Positions 54,775-64,000 of a stretch of DNA of 64,000 nucleotides are shown piece after piece. Position numbers and translations under genes: made by a program. The first letter of the stretch is position 1. Each line of letters starts with the position of its first letter. Below the pieces are notes generated by a model. The model was given only the letters and a program-made list of their open reading frames with translations. It made no database searches and was not told the DNA's origin. Source of the stretch: the human T2T-CHM13v2.0 reference genome, Homo sapiens; the NCBI RefSeq assembly GCF_009914755.1, contig NC_060934.1; one strand, 5' to 3'.

Positions 54775-55718
54775 TCAATGTTGGTTATGTTGCCCTCTTG
54801 CAAAATGACAGGCAAAATCATACTTGTTTTTACATTTGCATCCACATATATTACACTGAAAAGGATTTTCATACCCATGACATCCCATATGAATAGTGTA
54901 AAGGATGTTGTCTGCAAAGTACATATCACAGTGCTGGCAGTGGTGCAGAAGCTGAGGGTCCTGGACCGGCAGGGCTGGGGCTGGGGTGCTTGGCTGGCTG
55001 TTTCCTATGCTGGGAGTGCTCGTGTGGGCACTTGGCTCACTGCTTGGACCTGCCACTGGACTATAGTTCCTTTGACTATGGGATGGCCGAGGTTCTGGGC
55101 TTGTGGGAGAGGAGCTCTGAGGAATACTTGCTGATACGGCAGAAACTACTGCTTGGGTAGAGGGCTGCTGAATCATGAAAGGCTTTTCATCAGGGCAGGG
55201 AACTACATCAGGGGATGCAGGGTTTTGGTTTTCGGGTGGCAGACTGGACAACTGCCCTGCTAGAGTCGAGAGCTGATTCAAAGGGTTATCAACCATGAGT
55301 TCTTGGGGGTCCCTTGGAAGGCCACCAGTTGGTGTGGTTTTTGCCATACTTTCATAGGAGTCAGTCTGGATATTTGGGATTTCGTGGGTAAAATCGTTAA
55401 GGTAGTCTGGTTTCTGAACCACCATGGAAGGTGGACTTAAGTTGATTAGTGCTCTTCTGCTATAGCCCAGATTGCTTGTTTTCTTCTGTAAAACCCCCCA
55501 CATTTTCTTGCTGCTTAAGGAAGACCTAGTACCTTTAATTGGTACCATTTTATGCTTGCGCCTTCGATGATGGGACAAGTTACTTCGATCACTGCAGCGG
55601 AAGGAACATAATTCACATTTGTATGGTTTTTCTCCAGTATGAGAACGCATATGGGCTTCCAGATGACGCTCATAAGCAGATGCAAATGGACAAAGATGAC
55701 ATCGATGAGGTTTTTCAC
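54775..55718 (-). CDS. IKZF5: IKZF5 (Pegasus) last coding exon: ZF2, ZF3 and two C-terminal dimerisation fingers
   Basis: Acceptor AAACAG|; (G)EKPHRCHLC...HTGEKPYKCELC; C-terminal CQHC...HMGCH and CNIC...HFARGQH; 944 nt. Confidence 0.97.
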
Positions 55719-56988
55719 CTGTTTCAAAAGAAAAATGATGGAGAAACTACAAGAGTAGTTCATTTATGGAAAGTTTTGCTTGTCCATTCATTGGACAACT
55801 GGAAATTGATCAAAAAGAAAATGCTTTCAGAAAGTCATATTTGCATAGCATATGAGATTGTTAAAATTTGTAAATAAACCCACAAATTGAAATAAAGCTT
55901 AAGAACTCATCAGCAACAACCTGAAATATGCATTGATGTTGTATTAGTCAATACAGTATAAAAACTGTTATGGCTTCGAATGCATTTAGAGAGAAGAAAC
56001 AGTACAATTGAAATATTCTAGTAATAGTCTTACATAATAATGAGTTTATCAAAAGTATGTCTCAGTTATATATTCATGTATACATTTATATACATTCATA
56101 TTCACACACACACATATGCATACCCTTTGCTCACAGAAAAAAAAATACAAAAAAAGCTTTTTTTAAAGTCCTTATATGAAATAGAAAGCTCAGAATTGAA
56201 ATGGGCTTGCTAGTCTGAGTTATGCAAAGCATCCCTTCAAAATTGCTAGTGCTTCTCCTCCATCTTCCTACTCTTCAGCTGCCAGAAGGAACAACTATAG
56301 TTAATGTTGTTAACTGAAGACTGCCCAATTATGTGAAATAAACATTTGGAATATGAGATTTAGAGTCATTCATCTAGTAAGTATGTGTCACATGCCCTCC
56401 TAGGCTCTGGGGGTACAAAGATGGTCTTGTCACAATTGCCCTGTCCTCAAGAGGCTCTCAGGCTACAATGATGTGATGAATGAGCACAGGATGCATGAAG
56501 CACACAGGAAGGACGTCTGACCTGGTCTTGGGCAGAGGGCAGATGTAGTTGGGAAAGTTTCTCAGAAGGGACAGCTAAAGTGAGATCTGGGATTAGCAGT
56601 ACCATCTGCAACTGTATACTTTCTGAAACCTTTCCCCCTTTCGGCAAATGAAACGTAATAGGATAAAGATTAAAACATTTTATCACATCGCAGTGCTTTA
56701 GCATTATTCCTTCCCAATCTGAGAGGCAGGCAGATGTTGAGAGATTATTTGGATCAAGAGGGAAACACGGCTAAGGAAGGAGAGGATCTACAAAGGGCAT
56801 CACTTCTGACCTGTTTGTATGTTGTTATGTTGTTGCTTTGAAAAATGGAGTAACTTTCCCATTTATTCGAACTTTACATAAACCTTCATTTTTGAATATT
56901 AAAACTATTTCTATGACAAACCAACCTGCCCCCCTTGGCCCCTCTCCTGCCCTCACAGAAATGCTTTTTCCAGCTGTCTTTCCATTAC

Positions 56989-57171
56989 CTGTGTGGATTC
57001 TGATGTGTTCAATAAGCCGGGCTGTTCCTTTGCTGGCATAGTTGCAGTACCGACACTTAAGCTTCCCATCAAAGGTCCTTTCAAACCCGTCTACTAACAT
57101 TCCTGAGTTTTCATCCAAGGAAACTTCAACAGATGGGTGATCAAGTCCATTTTGATCACCATCTGTTCCAG
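56989..57171 (-). CDS. IKZF5: IKZF5 coding exon 2 (ZF1)
   Basis: Acceptor TTTATAG|; AGTDGDQNGLDHP...KLKCRYCNYASKGTARLIEHIRIHT; donor CAG|GTAATG; 183 nt. Confidence 0.96.
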
Positions 57172-57402
57172 CTATAAACAAAGTACCGCAAAAGAAATTA
57201 TGCATCTCAGAATCAACTCAATTTAGCATTTCAGTTTTAAGTGGTTGAAAAATCTTATAAATTGACAGTTCACTTCTCACAAAAGTTAAGTCCATTTTAT
57301 AACAGACTTTCTGAACTGAGGCTAATTTTATACAAAAGCAGTAATACATTCTGTATTATATTCTGAGAACCTTTTATTGGGGGATCTCAAATTATTTACA
57401 CA

Positions 57403-57797
<395 letters not shown>

Positions 57798-58619
57798 TCA
57801 CTGGAGAGTGATGGCACAGTTACACACAGGTGTTTAGCACCCTCGCTATTTCTACAACTGAAACTGGCAGTCAAAGAATCTCCAAAACCCTAACTCTATT
57901 TATTTTAGTCTGAAGCAGTGAATAAGTTTTCCACATCCCAGTGTTTATATGTACGTTCTAGATCTCTGTTCCATTTAGGATCTTAAAATTCTAATTAAGC
58001 CCATAAAGGAAAGTATCGTCCCTGATACCTCTGAAGGTTAAGGTTTTAAGAATCTCAGAGATAAAACATGTTTGGCTGTTTGCTTTTAATCTAATCTGAC
58101 TACTTTTTTGTAGAAAGAAACTGAAGAGACCTGATGCTCATAATCAGGAAAATCGGCAAATGGCTGGGACTACAACCCTGGTCTCTTGAATCCTGTTTGG
58201 AAATCTGTGCGTTAGGAGGGAAATTTCCATTCCTACAGCTTCATGGGAAAAGGTCTACTCCATTTCAGGAGGTAACAGTCCTGGCATGCACAATTCAAGC
58301 CCCCTGCTTCACCGGTTCCTCACTCCTCACTAGGAGAAGTGATTCTGCTGGTTGAGACAAGACCAATATCCAAGAGGGCTACACTGCATTCGAGGGACAA
58401 GGCTCAGTGTCTTCCTCTCTCCCACTGCTTTCCCAAGCCAGTCACTATCACATTTTAATGTGTATGTGAATTACTTGGGGGATCTTATTAAAACACAGAT
58501 TATAATTCAGTAGATCTGGGGTGGTGTCTGGTGTTTTGTATTTTTAACAAGCTCCCGGGTGATGCCTGGTCCCTGCTGCTAGTCCCTGCATTATAAGGCC
58601 GTACCCAGACTATCTAGGT

Positions 58620-58960
58620 CAGGGGTCAGCAAACTTTTTCTATAGGCATGAAATAGTAAATACTTCAGGCTTTGTGGGCCATATGGTCTCTACCACAACT
58701 GCTCAACTCTGCTGTTTTAGCAAAACAAACAAAAACAGCTACAGAAAATATGTAAACAAATGAGCATATCTGTGTTCCAATTAAATTTTACTTATGTGGA
58801 CTCAAGTTTGAACTTCACAGAATTTTCATGTATCATTACATTATTCTCCTTTTGACACTTTTAAAACCATCTTTAAATGTAAAAACCATTCTTAGCTTGC
58901 AGGCCATACAAAAACAGCAGTCCAGATGGGGCCCACGGGCTATAGTTTGCTGACCTCCGA
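58620..58960 (+). mobile_element. MER58B-like; a MER5A-like fragment precedes it at 58420-58590
   Basis: TIRs CAGGGGTCAGCAAACT / AGTTTGCTGACCTCCG. Confidence 0.75.
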
Positions 58961-59487
58961 GCTAGGTTAGGAATAAATTCCAGTTTTTTGTGGCAAGCAA
59001 ATTAGACAAAATTTACCTCTAGCAGGCTCAAGGAGGTCACCACTTTCTCTATTTTCATTTCTCTTCTTGGATAGGTAAACATGGTCAGCCCTTTCTTCAT
59101 TTTAAGAGAGAAGAAACTGAAACCCCTATTTTTATCTCAGGTCGAATCCAGATTTCCTGATGGCCTAATGGTTTGTATAGTGAAGCTGATATTCCAATCC
59201 CCTTTGGGTTCTTTGTGTCTAATGGTAGCTCATAAAAACTGGAGGACAGGAAGGGTATTTGGAGCCCCTAACCTTCCAACAAGACCATAATGCATCTCCA
59301 GACCATGTTAAGTACTCTCCAGCAGAAGTCTGATATGTTTAAAAAAGGGGGAAAAAATGCCCTGTATCTTTCTAGAAAAAACAGAATGATTCACATTAAT
59401 GCGCAGTGGTCTTCACAGTAACAGCTACACGCAATCATAGTACGTGTATAAAAAGTGAATTACTTAGTAGTATTAAAATGAGTCTAC

Positions 59488-59620
59488 CTCCCTGAAGAGC
59501 CTCTGCTTCTTTGTCCCCACTAACTGATCCAGAAATCATGTTCACGTGATGGGTCTGCTGAGTCAGGTATTCCTGAAAATCTTTCACGAAGTCCAAAGGC
59601 TCTGGTTTTTTTTCACCCAT
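59488..59620 (-). CDS. IKZF5: IKZF5 first coding exon (5' UTR exons and promoter lie right of the window)
   Basis: MGEKKPEPLDFVKDFQEYLTQQTHHVNMISGS...; donor GAG|GTAGAC; 133+183+944 = 1260 nt = 419 aa. Confidence 0.96.
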
Positions 59621-60409
59621 CTTTGCTTTTTTAACATTTACAGTTTGTTAGACCTAGAAAACAAAACTGAAACAATTTTACACTATTTAGGGAGATCTAG
59701 TACATAGCAAACAAATGACAAAAGCTATTTTGTGCAAGACACTATATAAAGCAAGAGAAAACACAGTGCCTGCCTTTCAGCATCTTATAATCTTACTGGT
59801 GAACTAAAGACATACACAAAATGGTAAAAAATCAATATATTTAATAATTAAATATAAATACGGATTCAAACTTAGTCACAGAGGATGGGAAGAAATTTCA
59901 AAGGCAGAAAAAAAGAGAAAACAAGTTCAGATTAAATAAATAAGAACACAAGCAGAGATTATTGATGAAGAAGACAAGAAACCAAGGAGACCGGAGACCA
60001 ACATAGGGAGAACTTGTCCCTACAAAAAAAAGTGTTTTTAATTAGCTGAGTGGTGGCACATGCTGATGGTCCCAGCTACTCAGGAGGCTGAGGCAGGAGA
60101 ATTGCTTGGGTCTGAGTGGTCAAGGCTGCAGTGAGCCGTGATTGCACCACTGGACTCCAACCTGGTTGACAAAAGGAGACTATTTTCTGGATGATGGACA
60201 TGTTTCTTATCTGTGCTATTCCTACGCAGTTGCTACTAGCCACATATAGCTACTGAGGCACTTGAAATTTGGCTAATACATATGACCTGAGTTTTTAATG
60301 TTATTAATTTAAATAGAAATAGCTGCATGCAGCTAGTAACTACCAGCAAAGGCTCTTAAGACATAGTGTTCACATGAATGAGTAGTCTGCAAATAAGTGG
60401 TCTAGAACT

Positions 60410-60636
60410 AGGGGTTGCAAAGTTTTTATGAAGGGCCAGTTAGTAAATATTTTAGGCTTTGCAAGCCATGCTCATCTTTGCTGCAATTACTCAACTGTGT
60501 CACGGTAAGAAGCCACAGACAATAGGCAGCCACAGACAGTATGTAAACAAATGGGTGGGGCTATGTTCCAATTAGACTTTATAACAACAGGCGTTGAGCC
60601 AGATTTGGCCTACAGGCCTTAGCTTCCCAACCCCTG
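60410..60636 (+). mobile_element. MER58A-like
   Basis: AGGGGTTGCAAAGT...AAGGGCCAG...CAACCCCTG. Confidence 0.75.
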
Positions 60637-61056
60637 CTCTAGAAATATCCAAATCACCACCTCTACTACCTATCATCCTATCCACTCCAAGACTAGGGAA
60701 AAATAAAAAAGTAAAAGAAAATCCCTGACCGTAGTGTAGAAAGGGAAAGTCTCTTGTGTGTTCTGCAATCACAAGCTGGTCTTCACATAGGTTTATGGCC
60801 CAAATTCACAAATAAAATAGCCAAAAAAGTTTTCTAGTAAGAATAAGATGAAGTCTAGCACCTGGGATAAAAAAGGTCTTTTCTTCCAGGAAAAACAATT
60901 TTTATGCAAATAAGTACAATTCTCTGGTAAATATACCTTATAAAATCTTCTTTTTCTAAACTCAAACTATTTAATGAATAATTTTCCATCTAAACAAGCT
61001 TCCATCTTTAGTAGCCAGTGGTAGACAAAAAATTACTCACTTTCAGCATATATGCT

Positions 61057-62790
61057 TAACTTTTTGTTGAAGTCTTGTACATATATAGAAAAGCACATAA
61101 ATCATAAGAGCAGAGCTCAATGAATTGTCACAAAATGAACACATTCATAAAATCAGCACCACAATCAAGAAACAGAAGGATGCCGGCATCCCAGAAACCC
61201 CCCTCGTGTACCCTTCCAATGCTAGGACCCTCTGCCCTGACAAGGGTTACAGCCATCCTGACTTCTGACTCTGTAGATTAGTTTTGTCTGTTCTTCAGCT
61301 TTATGTAAATGGAATCACACACTATGAACCTTTGTCTGGCTTCTGTCACTCAACATTGTAATTGTAAGATTCATCCATATTGTTGCATGCAACTGAAGTT
61401 TGCTCAAATTTACTGCTGGAGTCTGTTGTATGACCATGCCACAACTCATTTATCTCTTATACTGTTTTTAGATCATTTGGGTAATTTCCAGTAATTGGCT
61501 GCTGTGAATAAAGTTTCTATGAACATATTACTACACGTTTTTTGATTACGTACATATTTCTGTTGGTTGTATAGAAGTGAAACTGCTGGATCAAAGGCAT
61601 GCATATATTCAGTTTTAGATAATGTCAAATAGGTTTTCAAAGTGATTATAGCAATTTACACTCCCACTAGCAGTAAACAAAACTGCTGCTGCTCCACATC
61701 CTTGACAATACTTGGGCATGTTTTGCCTTTTTCGTTTTAGCCGTTCTGGTGGGTGTCTAGTGGTATCACATTACTTTTAATTTACATTCCTTGGTGACTA
61801 ATGAAGATGTAAACTTTTTAATATATACTAATTAACCACTTAGATACCCTCTGTTGTATAATGTCTGCTCATACCTTTTGCTTATTTTTCTATTGTGTTG
61901 TCTTTTTCTAATATGGAAGAATGCTTTATAATGAGTCCTTTATTAGGATATGTGCATCTTAAGTATCTCCCACTGTGGTTGCCTTTTCGTTTTCTCTTCT
62001 TTTCTTTTCTTTTTTTTTTTTTGAAACAGAATCTCACTCTGTCGCCCAGGCTGGGGTGCAGTGCCGTGATCTCGGCTCACTGCAAGCTCCACCTCCCAGG
62101 TTCACGCCACCTGCCTCAGCCTCCCGAGTAGCTGGGACTACAGGTGTCCGCCACCACGCCCAGTTAATTTTTTTGTATTTTTAGTAGAGATGTGGTTTCA
62201 CCGTGTTAGCCAGGATGGTCTCGATCTCCCGACCTTGTGATCTGCCCACCTCGGCCTCCCAAAGGGCTGGGATTACAGACGTGAGCCACTGCGCCCGGCC
62301 TTCACTTTCTTAATGGTAATTTTTGATGAACAGAAGTTCTTAATATAGTACAATTTACCCATTTTTATCCTTTACATTTAGAGTTGTTTGTGTCCTAGTT
62401 AAGAAATCCTTGCCTACATCTTACTTGAAGATGTTCTCCTATACTTTCTTCTAAATGCTTTTTATTTTACCTTTCATATTTTTATCTGGACTTGAGTTTT
62501 GTGTATGGTGTGAGATAAGAGTCAAAGCATACTTTTTTCCAAAGAGATATCCAACTGTCCCAGCAATGTGTACCTAACAGATCGGCCTTTCTCTACTAAG
62601 CTCTGATGTCTTCTTTTTAAATCAAATGGTTATATGCACGTATGTGGCTCTGCTTCTGGATTCTCTGTTCTGTTCCACTAGCCTATCTGTCCTTGCTGCC
62701 ATACCAGATACTCTTAATAATAAGTCTTGCTATCACAGTAATTTAAGTCCCCCTGCTTTGTTTTTCTTCTTCAAGAATAGGCTGTTCTTG
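61057..62790 (-). mobile_element. Old L1M fragment with nested antisense AluY (61997-62300)
   Basis: Antisense L1 3' region; AluY-type diagnostics. Confidence 0.75.
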
Positions 62791-63231
62791 GGCCTTTTCA
62801 GCCTAAGTTTTTAAATAGTAGAACTGTAGGGTTGAGGAATGAGGGGGTTCTGCAAAAGCAGATTTTCCAATTTACAAAAATATGACCAACTTTTTAAGAA
62901 TCAAAACTTCTTCTTTGACTTAACTCGAAATCTACTGGAAATAGACCAACATTTGACATACCATTAATATGAATTATTGTACTTTACAACCACTCAGTAA
63001 CAGGGCTGTTTTTGTTTTCCCTGTTTCCTGGCTTCAGACTGATCTATCTTATTTTCGTACTTCTTGTCTTCTCTCTTCACATCTAGTCTCTTCTTTGTTC
63101 CAAACATATTTAGCCAAATAAGGACTTACAGGTAACTGAATTCTCTTTTCTTAATTCAATACTTGTGAATCGTTCCTTTCCTCCCTTTTTAGAAGCTACG
63201 GTAGTTCTAGGGGCTTTTAAAAATTATTAGT

Positions 63232-63801
<570 letters not shown>

Positions 63802-63909
63802 AAAACATTATTAGTATTACTACCCCTTTTCAGGTAGAAAAGCCTATTTTTTAGAAAATTGTCTAGGAAGTTGAGACTACTGAAAGTTTATCCTCTGGAC
63901 AAGTAGAGT

Positions 63910-64000
63910 ATAGTCAACTCTATATCCACAGGTTCTGTTATCTGTTGATTCAACCAACTGCAAAACAAGATTATTTGGAAAAAATGGATGGTTGCATCTA
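63910..64000 (-). mobile_element. MER2-like Tigger fragment, runs off the window
   Basis: TATCCACAGGTTCTG...GATTCAACCAAC. Confidence 0.55.

Noticed and set aside
54778-55134. 118-aa ORF antisense to IKZF5
   Set aside because: Shadow of the coding strand with no independent support

Overview
Human (primate) genomic DNA, recognisable from its coding exons as the C10orf88 (PAAT) - PSTK - IKZF5 locus on 10q26.13. Minus strand at left: C10orf88 coding exons 1-4 (15161 down to 9633); the remaining exons lie left of the window. Its CpG-island promoter has NRF1 and ETS motifs and a strong divergent plus-strand splice donor. About 25 kb of repeat-dense intergenic DNA follows: THE1 and LTR47 solo LTRs with TSDs, a tailless 5S rRNA retropseudogene, an ERVL remnant, and a MaLR provirus with a nested near full-length L1PA. 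Plus strand: complete PSTK (phosphoseryl-tRNA[Sec] kinase), 6 coding exons that splice to 358 aa, plus an L2-derived 171-nt cassette exon giving a 348-aa form. Minus strand at right: complete IKZF5/Pegasus CDS (3 coding exons, 419 aa) with a ~3 kb 3' UTR ending tail-to-tail with PSTK. No prokaryotic-type system (CRISPR, operon) is present and I cannot claim a new system. The best lead is the PSTK cassette exon: it preserves frame, its only stop is a UGA 1 nt before its donor, and it begins with an AG|GTAAT recursive-splice-like site, all in a selenocysteine-synthesis gene. Repeat subfamily names are from recall of consensus sequences, not a database search.
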